Under the pieces are notes generated by a model. It was not told the origin of the DNA, made no database searches, and saw only the letters and a program-made list of their open reading frames with translations. Position numbers and translations under genes: made by a program. Positions 18,471 to 26,805 of a stretch of DNA of 56,564 bases are shown here, one piece after another (within the stretch, counting starts at the first letter, position 1; every line of letters starts with the position of its first letter). The stretch lies in assembly GCA_027064305.1 (NCBI GenBank), contig JAMOPY010000040.1, positions 1 to 56,564 of the forward strand. The letters are read 5' to 3'. The DNA is from Methanobacteriota archaeon (GTDB lineage Archaea > JAADCQ01 > Methanopyri > Methanopyrales > Methanopyraceae).

Positions 18471-18695
18471 TCACCTCACGCGGCAGGTTAACACGACGGT
18501 GCCGACCATTAGGAGGAGGAAGCCCGCGAGCCCCATCACCCGGTCCCCTCCCCGGCGGGCGCAGATGATCACGTCGAGGGCTCCGACGAGGAGGGAGAGC
18601 ACTCCGAGGGGCCAGACGGGCCCGCCGAGGAGGGCGACGGCGAGCGCCGCGAGGAGGAGGATCGCGGAGATCCGGGCGATCCGGTTGAGGTCCAC
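18471..18695 (-). CDS. Small membrane protein (about 74 aa)
   Basis: GTG after GGGGGAGG; three hydrophobic segments; abuts amzA. Confidence 0.65.
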   Translation of the reverse strand: MDLNRIARISAILLLAALAVALLGGPVWPLGVLSLLVGALDVIICARRGGDRVMGLAGFLLLMVGTVVLTCRVR

Positions 18696-18708
18696 CCGGC
18701 CTCCCCCA

Positions 18709-18729
18709 TCGTTACGATTATCATAACGA
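18709..18729. repeat. 21-bp palindrome, copy 5 (TCGTTACG ATTAT CATAACGA)
   Basis: About 10 nt past the 5S rRNA 3' end. Confidence 0.85.
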
Positions 18730-18739
18730 TTTTCGGGGT

Positions 18740-18870
18740 GGACGGCGGCGGCATCCCGGGCTTCCCGCGCCCTCTCGGAGCGCAGTACCACCCGGGACGC
18801 GGCCGGGCTTAACTTCCGGGTTCGAGATGTGGCCCGGGTGTGGCCCCGGCCGCTGTGGCCGCCGCCGTCC
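18740..18870 (-). rRNA. rrf: 5S rRNA (stand-alone)
   Basis: Minus strand reads GGCGGCCACAGCGG...CACACCCGG...TCGAACCCGGAAGTTAAGCCC...GGTACTGCG..CCGAGAGG; 13-bp terminal stem; TATAAGTA upstream at about 18890-18897. Confidence 0.95.
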
Positions 18871-18907
18871 CCGCGCGTCCAACCCCGCCTACTTATAGTT
18901 TTCTCCC

Positions 18908-19678
18908 TCAGCGGTCGTAGAACTCCAGGGCGTTCTCGGCCGTGGTCTCCACGACCCTGCCGACCGGCTCCCCCTTCACCTCGGCCACGAGCTCCACGAT
19001 CCGCCAGACGTTCGCGGGCTCGTTCCGCCTCCCCCGCTCGGGCGAGAGGTACGGGCTGTCCGTCTCGGTCAGGGCGCGGTCCAGCGGCACGGACTCAAGC
19101 AGCCGTCGGGTGCGGTCGGTTGGGCCGCGGATGACGTGGATGGTGGAGAGGGAGACGTAGTGTCCCTCCTCCGCGATCCGCCGGGCGAGCTCCGGCGGGC
19201 CGTCGTAGCAGTGGAACATGGCGGTCACGTCGTGCTCCCTCAGGATCCGGAAGGCGTCCTCCTCCGCCTCCCGGGCGTGGATCACGACCGGCTTGTCGAG
19301 CTCCTCGGCGAGCCGGAGGAACCGCTCGAAGACCTCGCGCATGCGCTCGCGCTCCTTGGACCGTTTCACGTAGTGATAGTCCAGTCCGATCTCGCCGATC
19401 GCCGCCAGCTCGTCCGCGTGTTCCCGGATGAGTCGGACGATCTCGTCGATGGCCCGGTCCTGCATTCGGGGGGCCCGGGGCGGGTGCAGGCCGATCGTGG
19501 GGAACACGAAGCCCTCGAACCGGCGGGCCAGCTCGAGGGTGCGCCGGGCGGTGCCGGGGGTGACCCCGCAGTCGTACACGCGCAGGACCCGCTCCCGGGC
19601 GCGTTCGACGACCTCGTCCACGTCCCTCCGGAAGTGGTCGAAGCAGAGGTGGCAGTGGGCGTCCACGGGCCGGTTCAA
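18908..19678 (-). CDS. tatD: TatD-family deoxyribonuclease
   Basis: DAHCH, GLHP, AIGEIGLDY, IHAREA, FHCY, ETDSPYL. Confidence 0.93.
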   Translation of the reverse strand: MNRPVDAHCHLCFDHFRRDVDEVVERARERVLRVYDCGVTPGTARRTLELARRFEGFVFPTIGLHPPRAPRMQDRAIDEIVRLIREHADELAAIGEIGLDYHYVKRSKERERMREVFERFLRLAEELDKPVVIHAREAEEDAFRILREHDVTAMFHCYDGPPELARRIAEEGHYVSLSTIHVIRGPTDRTRRLLESVPLDRALTETDSPYLSPERGRRNEPANVWRIVELVAEVKGEPVGRVVETTAENALEFYDR

Positions 19679-19691
19679 GCCGGGAGCCCCC

Positions 19692-19751
19692 GGTCAGCGA
19701 AAGGGCTGGCTCCTCATCGGCCTCGGGTAGGGAGGGCCTGCATCATCCCGA
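19692..19751 (-). ncRNA. Box C/D sRNA
   Basis: C GGGATGA (19749-19743), D' CCGA, C' CCGATGA, D CTGA (19697-19694); target not identified in the window. Confidence 0.8.
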
Positions 19752-19808
19752 GGCGCGGGGTGTTACCCAGAAAAGCCCCTTCGGTGCGCGCACCCGGGGG
19801 CCGTCGTC

Positions 19809-20297
19809 ATGGAGGATGGTGAGAAGCGGCGGATCCTGTCGGTGCTCGTGCGGGATCGTCCGGGGGTCATGCAGCGGGTCTCCGGCCTGTTCCGGCGGCG
19901 AGGGTTCAACATCGACTCGATCGCGGAGGGACCGTCGGAGCGGGAGGGGCTGGCGCGGATGACGCTCACGGTGCGCGGGGACGAGCGGACCATCGAGCAG
20001 GTCGTGAAGCAGCTTAACAAGCTTGTCGACGTGATCAAGGTCTCGGAGCTGGACCCGGAGCGCACGGTGGAGCGGCAGCTGGCGCTGGTGAAAATTAAGA
20101 CGAGGGACCGGGCGAGGGCGGCCGAGCTGGCGCGGGCGGCGGGCGCCGAGGTGGTGGACGTGGGGCGCGAGACGATCACGGTGGAGATCGTGGGAGAGCC
20201 GCGGGACGTGGAGTCGCTCCTGGAGCTCATGAACGACATCGGCAGCGTCGTGGAGATCGCGAGAACCGGGATCGTGGCGATGGAGCGGGAGTCCTGA
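19809..20297 (+). CDS. ilvN: Acetolactate synthase small (regulatory) subunit
   Basis: LSVLVRDRPGVMQRVSGLFRRRGFNIDS, EQVVKQLNKLVDV, EIARTG. Confidence 0.95.
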   Translation: MEDGEKRRILSVLVRDRPGVMQRVSGLFRRRGFNIDSIAEGPSEREGLARMTLTVRGDERTIEQVVKQLNKLVDVIKVSELDPERTVERQLALVKIKTRDRARAAELARAAGAEVVDVGRETITVEIVGEPRDVESLLELMNDIGSVVEIARTGIVAMERES

Positions 20298-20299
20298 GC

Positions 20300-22174
20300 T
20301 CAGCGTCCGAACCGCGGCCGCTCGCTGAGCCGCATCGGCGCGGTCAGCGGCACCCGCGGCTTGCCCTCCGTCTCCCGCTCGAGCCGCTCGACGAGCTCCT
20401 CGAGCGTCATCTCCACCCGCTTCTGCTCCTTGAGCGTTGACTCCTCCCGGATCGTCACCGACAGCGTGCCCTTCTCCACCTCCTCCTCTCCGATAACCAC
20501 CACGTAGGGTACCCACTCCTTGCCCGCGTCCCTGATCTTCCTGCCCACCGGCTCGTCCCGGTCGTCCAGATCGACCCGGAACCCCTCCTCCCGCAGCCGC
20601 TCGGCCACCTTCTCCGCCTCGTCCAGCACCTTCTCGGACACCGGGATCACCCGCACCTGCACGGGGGACAGCCAGGTCGGCAGCGTGGGCAGCCGACCCT
20701 CCCGTTCGAACCGCTTCTGCTGGTGCTCGAGCAGCGCGCAGATCACCCGCTCCAGGCTGCCGGTGGGTGAACAGTGCAGGATCACCGGGTGCCGCTCCTC
20801 CCCGGACTCGTCCGCGAACGTGATGTCGAACCGCTCCCCGCTCTCCACGTCGATCTGCACGGTCGGGTTCTCGATGGGCCGGCCCAGGCTGTCGATGAAC
20901 GCGAAGTCCACCTTGCACTCCCAGTAGTGCTTCCGCTCGGAGAGCACCTCCACGAGGATTGGCTTGGAGTCCCCGTACACCTCCTCCACGGCCTCGGCCA
21001 GCCCCTCGAGCACCTCGGGTCGCTCGTCCAGGAAGTCCTCCGTGACCCGCAGCACGACCTCGTACTCCAGCCCCAGCTCCCGCCCCACCTCCAGGCACAG
21101 CCTCGCCTGCTCCAGGAACTCCTCCACCGCCTGGTCCATGTCGGCGCACACCGTGTGCAGGTCCGGCATCGTGAACGCCCGCAGTCGCTTCAGCCCGACC
21201 ACCTCGCCGCTCTGCTCCAGCCGGAAGCTCTGCGACAGCTCGTACACCTTGAACGGCAGGTGCCGTCGGCTCAGCGTCGTGTCGGCGAGCAGCCGGAACG
21301 CCCCGAAGCAGGCCGCGTACCGGAGCATCAGCGCCCGGTTGCCCGCCCGCAGCCGGTACTGCCGCTCGCCGAACCGGTCCGCGTGCTCCCGGATCGCCTC
21401 CTCGCCCAGGTCGTACATAACCGGCGTCTCCACCACCGCCGCGCCCATCCCCGCCATCAGGTCCTCCACGTACTCCGCCAGGCACCGTCGGATCACGTGC
21501 CCGTACGGGTACCAGCGCACGTGACCCACGTCCGCCGCCGGCTCGTGATCGCAGATCCCCTTCTCCCGCATCAACCGCACGTGGGCCGGCTCCTCCCCGC
21601 CCGACTCCCGCTCCTCGCCCAGCTCGTGCAGCACCAGCCGTCGGAAGTCCTCGGGGCACTCCGACAGGTCCACCTCCTCCACGTCCCTCAGCTCACCGTC
21701 CACGTACACCATGAACGACGACTCGACCTCCCGCTCCTCCCCCGCCTCGGCCGCCTCCGGGGTGACCGTGCGGGACAGCTCCGAGAGCGGGTGCCCCTTG
21801 CAGGCCAGCCGGAACGCCTTGTACCAGCCGAAGGGGGCGCGCACCACCTCGTACCCACGCTCCCGCAGGAGCTCCTCCATCCTCCTCAGCACCTCGACGG
21901 CCACGTCCGGGGAGGCCAGATCCTCCGCGAGGTGCGCGTACGGGTACAGGACGATCCGATCCACCTTCAGCTCGCCGGCGACGTCCTCCACCTCCCGCAC
22001 GGCCGCCTCGGCGACCGCCTCCGGGTCCTCCTCGTCGACCTCCTGCACCGCCGCGAACACGACCAGGCAGTCCTCCACCTCCGCCTCCTTCGTCGGCGGC
22101 TCCTCCTCCGCGATCCCGGTCCTCTGCCGCGCCTCGAACGCCATCTCGTCCGCGTGAATGAGCAGCATCCTCAC
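20300..22174 (-). CDS. thrS: Threonine--tRNA ligase, archaeal type with editing domain
   Basis: MRMLLIHAD, YPYAHL, APFGWYK, CKGHPLSELSR, LRYAACFG, PDLHT, LHCSPTGSLER. Confidence 0.97.
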   Translation of the reverse strand: MRMLLIHADEMAFEARQRTGIAEEEPPTKEAEVEDCLVVFAAVQEVDEEDPEAVAEAAVREVEDVAGELKVDRIVLYPYAHLAEDLASPDVAVEVLRRMEELLRERGYEVVRAPFGWYKAFRLACKGHPLSELSRTVTPEAAEAGEEREVESSFMVYVDGELRDVEEVDLSECPEDFRRLVLHELGEERESGGEEPAHVRLMREKGICDHEPAADVGHVRWYPYGHVIRRCLAEYVEDLMAGMGAAVVETPVMYDLGEEAIREHADRFGERQYRLRAGNRALMLRYAACFGAFRLLADTTLSRRHLPFKVYELSQSFRLEQSGEVVGLKRLRAFTMPDLHTVCADMDQAVEEFLEQARLCLEVGRELGLEYEVVLRVTEDFLDERPEVLEGLAEAVEEVYGDSKPILVEVLSERKHYWECKVDFAFIDSLGRPIENPTVQIDVESGERFDITFADESGEERHPVILHCSPTGSLERVICALLEHQQKRFEREGRLPTLPTWLSPVQVRVIPVSEKVLDEAEKVAERLREEGFRVDLDDRDEPVGRKIRDAGKEWVPYVVVIGEEEVEKGTLSVTIREESTLKEQKRVEMTLEELVERLERETEGKPRVPLTAPMRLSERPRFGR

Positions 22175-22289
22175 CCGGCGAGCCCCGGGCCGGGTCCCCG
22201 ACCCCAGCTGATAGCATCATCGGCCTCGGGTGCAGAAAGGAAACGCCAACGTTCACGGACGTGACCGACGGGCGCGCCCGCTTAAAAAC

Positions 22290-22309
22290 CGTTCCATCCT
22301 GGTCGAACG
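22290..22309. promoter_or_regulatory. MsvR-like box CGTTCCA-N6-TCGAACG upstream of the CMD gene
   Basis: One mismatch to TTCGA-N6-TCGAA; adjacent to CTTAAAAA. Confidence 0.55.
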
Positions 22310-22360
22310 CGATCCACGCTTAACCGGAGCGCGCGATGCACCGTGCGGGGTGCCCAACTC

Positions 22361-22702
22361 ATGTCCAGGCAGCCCGGAGAACCCGCCCGGGACGAGGAGG
22401 AGAAGGGCCTCATCGCCGTGAAGTACGCCCGGGAGATGCTGGGTGACGAGTACGCGGACCTCGTGGAGAAGATGCACGAGCTCGTCTGGAAGGAGTCCCC
22501 CTTGGACCCCAAGACGACGCACCTGATCGCGCTCGCCCTGGCCGCGGCGTCCGGGGACGACCGTCGGGTGGAGCTGATCGCCGAGACGGCCAAGAACGTC
22601 GCGGACGTGACGGACGAGGAGATCGCCGCCACGCTGGCCCTCGTGGCGTGGGTGGAGGGCGTGTCCAAGTCGACTAGGGCCTGGGGCGTTCTTCGTCGCT
22701 AG
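22361..22702 (+). CDS. Carboxymuconolactone decarboxylase (CMD/AhpD-like) family protein
   Basis: SPLDPKTTHLIALALAAA...VTDEEIA signature; no CxxC. Confidence 0.8.
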   Translation: MSRQPGEPARDEEEKGLIAVKYAREMLGDEYADLVEKMHELVWKESPLDPKTTHLIALALAAASGDDRRVELIAETAKNVADVTDEEIAATLALVAWVEGVSKSTRAWGVLRR

Positions 22703-23411
22703 CGGGCTCCGCCACGAACACGCATCGGCCCGCCCCCTCACCGCAGCACTCCACCTCCCGGGCCCGGTACCGCCTGCCCCGGAGCTCCGACAGGAACCCG
22801 GCGATGATCCCGGCCTCCAGGGGACACGCGGGACCGTACGGCAGGTCCGAGCACTCGCGGCACCCCTCGATCTCCACGATCACTCGGTCTCCGTCCCTCC
22901 GCACCCTCACGTCGTCCGCTATGGGGCTCAGGTACTCCTCCAGCCTACCCTCGTCCCCGCCCTTCCGAGCCAGCCGGCGGCCGATCTCCCTCCCGATCTC
23001 GTACAGGACCTCCTGAGCGTCGATCCCCAGCGACTCGATCACCGACCGGTAGGCGGCCGAGATCGCGAGCAGGATCGAGGTCCTCGGGTCCCTCCCCCGC
23101 TCCAACGCCCTGGCCACGTACTTCACGGCGTCATCCAGCCGGGGACCCGACACGGTGACCGGGCGACCTGCCAACCCGTAGTAGCGTCGCGGCCTCGGCA
23201 CGCCCCGCTCCTCCCGCACGACGCGGACCAGCCCGGCCCGCTCCAGCTCCTTCAGGTGGTGGTGCACCGTCGACTTGGACATGCCCAGCTCCCGGGCCAG
23301 GTCGGACAGCGTCATCGGTCCACGCTCTCGGAGCAGCTCCAGGATCCGGCGCCGAGACTCGCTGTTCAAGGCCCGGGCCATATCTTCTGGAACGTTAACT
23401 AAAAGCCTCAT
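22674..23411 (-). CDS. msvR: ArsR-type HTH plus V4R regulator (MsvR-like)
   Basis: ALNSESRRRILELL...MSKSTVHHHLKELERAGLV; V4R with CRECS, CPLEAGIIAG, EVECC, CVF. Confidence 0.85.
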   Translation of the reverse strand: MRLLVNVPEDMARALNSESRRRILELLRERGPMTLSDLARELGMSKSTVHHHLKELERAGLVRVVREERGVPRPRRYYGLAGRPVTVSGPRLDDAVKYVARALERGRDPRTSILLAISAAYRSVIESLGIDAQEVLYEIGREIGRRLARKGGDEGRLEEYLSPIADDVRVRRDGDRVIVEIEGCRECSDLPYGPACPLEAGIIAGFLSELRGRRYRAREVECCGEGAGRCVFVAEPASDEERPRP

Positions 23412-23454
23412 GCTGAGACCCCCCGCTGGGCCGTCCCGCTCCCGGGATCGCCGG

Positions 23455-23474
23455 TGTTCGATGCTCATCTAATT
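23455..23474. promoter_or_regulatory. Degenerate MsvR-like box upstream of msvR
   Basis: TGTTCGA-N6-TCTAATT. Confidence 0.4.
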
Positions 23475-23515
23475 TGCCCGGTTGGGTGCCCGGGTGAGTT
23501 GGGGAGGAGGGGGCG

Positions 23516-23977
23516 TTACCCCTCCTCCCGAATGATGACCCGGCAGTGGCTGCGCTCTATGGGATCATGCTCCAGCTTCACGTCGTCCCGACCCATCGCC
23601 CTGAGCACTTCCTCCATGGTCGTCACGAACGGGCACACGTTGTACCCGAACACCGCCTCGCGCAGCTTCGGATGCCGCTCCACGAACTCCTCCACCAGGT
23701 CCCGGGTGCAGATCTTGCAACCCTTGATCTCCACCACCGTCCCCGAGTCCTCCTCGGTCACCTCGGGGTCCGCGCCCAGCAGGCTCTCCGCGGCCTCCCG
23801 AATCAGGTCGACGGGGTCGTACTCCTCCATCTCCCGATGCTCCCGAAGCAGGGCCCGGGCGGCGTTGCGGCACACGGACCGCCTCAGGGCCGGGGCCCGG
23901 TTACCCAGCAGCTCCGCGGAGGTCACCACGTACGAGTACATGAACGCGCGCAGGAAGTCCCGGGGACCGATCTCCAT
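23516..23977 (-). CDS. Small Cys-containing V4R-like hypothetical protein
   Basis: VVEIKGCKIC, NVCPF, C-terminal CRVII pattern; lies between frhB-like and msvR. Confidence 0.65.
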   Translation of the reverse strand: MEIGPRDFLRAFMYSYVVTSAELLGNRAPALRRSVCRNAARALLREHREMEEYDPVDLIREAAESLLGADPEVTEEDSGTVVEIKGCKICTRDLVEEFVERHPKLREAVFGYNVCPFVTTMEEVLRAMGRDDVKLEHDPIERSHCRVIIREEG

Positions 23978-24024
23978 CCCGACTTCCCCTGCGGGGGAAC
24001 GGGGCCGGGTGGTAAAAAAATGGA

Positions 24025-24936
24025 TCACGGGCCCGAGGGGTGGTAGGGGCGCCACGTCGCGCACCGGGAGTCGCGCACCCGCTCCCGCTTGTCCCGGGCC
24101 AGCCGCTCCAGCACCTTCGGATCGCCCTCACTCACCTCCCGGGTCTCCAGCCTCCCGGCGTCCACGGCGGACTGCAGGATCTCCTCGCCCCGGTCGGTGC
24201 GCGTCAGCACGACGTTCCAACCGTCCGGGGCGCCCGTGGATCCGACGCTCACGTCCGCGTCCTCGGCCGTCAGGTCGGCGCAGAAGTGGCACGCCTCGTT
24301 AGCGTACCGGCTCAGCCGCGAGACGGGCACCGTCCGCTCCTCGCCGTCCTCGGTGACCACGGTGAACTTGCCCGCCGTGATGTCCATGCGTTCCACCCGT
24401 GAGGGGTCGACCCCGAGCTCCTCGCGCAGCAGGCGTTGCAGGTTCTCGTACTCCAGGTTCTCGGAGCAGAAGATGCCCACGAGCAGTCGAACGCGCTCCG
24501 CGACGTCGGCCACCCCGTGCGCGTACCGCTCCGCCTTCCGCACGGCGGTGACCTGGCACGGCGTGCCGACCAGGGCGACGGACTCGTGGGCGCTCACGGC
24601 CTCCTCGAGCAGGCTCACGTTCGGTGAGATGGCGTACTTCGAGCCCGCCGCCTCGAGCAGCTCCTCCGGGCTCGTGACGACGGTGGGCTCGGGCTTCCAC
24701 GGGTCGGACCCGGTCGTCGCCACGATCGCGGCCTCGACGAGCCCCTCCTCGAGCGCGTGGGTGAGGAGGGCGGTGGTGACTCCGCCGTCCTGGCCGGCCT
24801 CGCGGACGCGCTCGTCCGTGGCCCGGGCCAGGTACGCGCTCCGGTACGGTCCCACGAGCTCGGGGTCGAGCTCCTCACCGCCGTCGCGCCGGCTCCTGCC
24901 GAGTACCTTCCGCAGCAGACCGCGCACGGGTTTCAC
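24025..24936 (-). CDS. F420-binding FrhB-like subunit
   Basis: QDGGVTTALL, AAGSKY, VGTPCQ, GIFCSEN, CHFCAD..AEDADVSVGS. Confidence 0.93.
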   Translation of the reverse strand: MKPVRGLLRKVLGRSRRDGGEELDPELVGPYRSAYLARATDERVREAGQDGGVTTALLTHALEEGLVEAAIVATTGSDPWKPEPTVVTSPEELLEAAGSKYAISPNVSLLEEAVSAHESVALVGTPCQVTAVRKAERYAHGVADVAERVRLLVGIFCSENLEYENLQRLLREELGVDPSRVERMDITAGKFTVVTEDGEERTVPVSRLSRYANEACHFCADLTAEDADVSVGSTGAPDGWNVVLTRTDRGEEILQSAVDAGRLETREVSEGDPKVLERLARDKRERVRDSRCATWRPYHPSGP

Positions 24937-24943
24937 CCCCCGG

Positions 24944-25660
24944 CTACGGCCGGAACGATCTCGGACAGACGACGAAGCACGTGCCGCATCGAATGCATCG
25001 TTCCTGACGGACCTCGGGCTTCTCGTCGAGCTCGATGGCCCGCGCCGGGCACGCGGCGGCGCACGTGCCGCAGCCCACGCAGAACAGGTCCCTCTCGATG
25101 ACGTCCAGGTCGCAGCCCAGGCACAGGTCCTTGTTGGACGTCAGCAGGACGTCCTCCACCTCCAGCTCCGGGCCGCGGACGGGCGCGGGCAGGTCCGGGG
25201 CCAGCCCGTGGAAGTCCCCGGACAGGACCCGGTACGGCTCGAGTCGGTCCTCGTCGCCCTCCTCCAGCGCCCGGAGGAAGGCGGCGATGGCGTCCTCGGT
25301 GGGCGGGCAGCCCGGGATCGCGTAGTCCGTGCCGGCGAACTTGGCGGCCGGGAACACCGTGAAGTGGTACCGGGCGGGCTCCCGCATGCCGATCGCGTGC
25401 CGGGCGAAGCCCCCGGTGGCGGCGCAGGAGCCCAGCGTCACGACCGTGTCGGCCGAGGTCACCGCCCGCTCGAGCCGCTCCTGGGCCTCCGCGTCCTCGA
25501 AGTCCACGGCGCCCTCCACGAACAGGACGTCCACGTCGGGCACTTCCCCGTCGTCCGTCAGGCTCGACCAGGCCAGCTCGTGACCCGTCCTCCGGCAGGC
25601 GAGCTCCAGGTTCTCCGCGCAGGACCCGCAGGACATGAGGGAGAGCAGGGCCACCCTCAC
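24944..25660 (-). CDS. FrhG-like Fe-S small subunit
   Basis: SCGSC, VEGAV, GSCAATGG, IPGCPP, plus ferredoxin motifs CVGCGTCAAACP and CIRCGTCFVVCP. Confidence 0.92.
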   Translation of the reverse strand: MRVALLSLMSCGSCAENLELACRRTGHELAWSSLTDDGEVPDVDVLFVEGAVDFEDAEAQERLERAVTSADTVVTLGSCAATGGFARHAIGMREPARYHFTVFPAAKFAGTDYAIPGCPPTEDAIAAFLRALEEGDEDRLEPYRVLSGDFHGLAPDLPAPVRGPELEVEDVLLTSNKDLCLGCDLDVIERDLFCVGCGTCAAACPARAIELDEKPEVRQERCIRCGTCFVVCPRSFRP

Positions 25661-25672
25661 GGTGCGAACCCC

Positions 25673-26770
25673 CTAGTGCGTGAGGCACCGTCCGGACAGT
25701 CCGAGCGGGCGCAGGGCCGTCTCCACCTGCTCGACCTCCAGCCCGGTCAGCAGGTCGCCCGCGAGGGCCACCTTGAAGTTGGAAGGCGTGATCATCTCGG
25801 CCCAGTCCACGCGGCCGTTCCGGAGCCGCAGTCGGACGATCAGGGTCCCCTCAGGGGCCTCCACCGCGGCCGTCCCCTCGCCGGAGCCGGCCTCCGCCTC
25901 GGCGCGGAACTCGCCGGTCGCGTCCAGGCTCGAGGCGGTGTCCGCGATCCGGTCCAGCAGCTCCGTGAGCTCCTCGGCCCGGGCCACGTGGTGGTCGGCT
26001 GGGTGCTCCGCGCCTCCCCGCCGCGCGGCGGGTCCGACCAGCGCGGGCTCGCCGTCGTACCGGGCCACGTGGTTGGTGGCCAGGCTCCTCGTGGTCCTCA
26101 TACGGTAGAACTCCGAGGGGGGTAGGACCTCGATCCTGTCGGGGTCCACCTCGCCCGTGTACGTGTCCGAGACGCTCAGCTCGGTCGGCCGGATCCGGGA
26201 CTCCACGCTCACCTCCTCCCGGAGCTCGTCCGCGGCCGACTCCACCCGGTCCCGGAGCCCCTCCGCCGCCTCGGCCGCGTCCTTGGCCACGCTCTCGAGG
26301 CGCTCCACCGGCAGCCGCTCGAGCTCCAGCCCGCCCACGGTCACGGCCGGCGGGTGGTGGGGCTTGCCGCCCACCATCCTCAGGAGCTCTCGGGCCGCGC
26401 GGACGACCTCGTGGGCCTCCTCCGCCGCGCCCGGGACGGCGGAGGCCAGCGTCCGGGCGTGGGCGCGGACCACGTTGGCCATGTTCAGCAGCTCGCGGGC
26501 CCGCCTCGCGTCGTCCGGCACGCTCACGTTCAGGGCGTCCTCGGCCGCCTCCGCCACGGCCAGTCCGGCGCTGGCGTCGCAGCCGCGGCACACCCGCTCG
26601 GCGGCCACGATGGCGAACTCCACGGGCTTCTCCAGGACCAGCGTCTCCCAGGAGAGGGGGACGGTCGTGGAGCACACCTCGGCGTTCACGATCCGGCCGT
26701 CGGAGACCTCCGCCACGGCCCGCAGCTCGCCCGGCTCCCCGGTTTTGACCGTGAGGGTTTTCACCTCCAT
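25673..26770 (-). CDS. FrhA-like hydrogenase large-subunit homologue with a degenerate [NiFe] site
   Basis: ERVCRGC (L1), GGKPHHP, GPAAR, VEAPEG, ITPS, C-terminal PLGLSGRCLTH-stop (L2 remnant). Confidence 0.88.
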   Translation of the reverse strand: MEVKTLTVKTGEPGELRAVAEVSDGRIVNAEVCSTTVPLSWETLVLEKPVEFAIVAAERVCRGCDASAGLAVAEAAEDALNVSVPDDARRARELLNMANVVRAHARTLASAVPGAAEEAHEVVRAARELLRMVGGKPHHPPAVTVGGLELERLPVERLESVAKDAAEAAEGLRDRVESAADELREEVSVESRIRPTELSVSDTYTGEVDPDRIEVLPPSEFYRMRTTRSLATNHVARYDGEPALVGPAARRGGAEHPADHHVARAEELTELLDRIADTASSLDATGEFRAEAEAGSGEGTAAVEAPEGTLIVRLRLRNGRVDWAEMITPSNFKVALAGDLLTGLEVEQVETALRPLGLSGRCLTH

Positions 26771-26805
26771 GCCCACCACCGTCCCGGAAAACGGGTTGGG
26801 AGGAA

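Noticed and set aside
18696-18791. N-terminal extension of the 18471..18791 ORF
   Set aside because: It overlaps the 5S rRNA and a palindrome; GTG 18695 has a good SD
22195-22260. Possible C/D sRNA or K-loop upstream of thrS (CCGA-GG-CCGATGA)
   Set aside because: Only the D'/C' core is clear; no convincing terminal C and D boxes or target
25673-25720. Selenocysteine in the FrhA-like L2 motif
   Set aside because: The codon is TCC (Ser) and the stop is TAG after the His; no in-frame TGA
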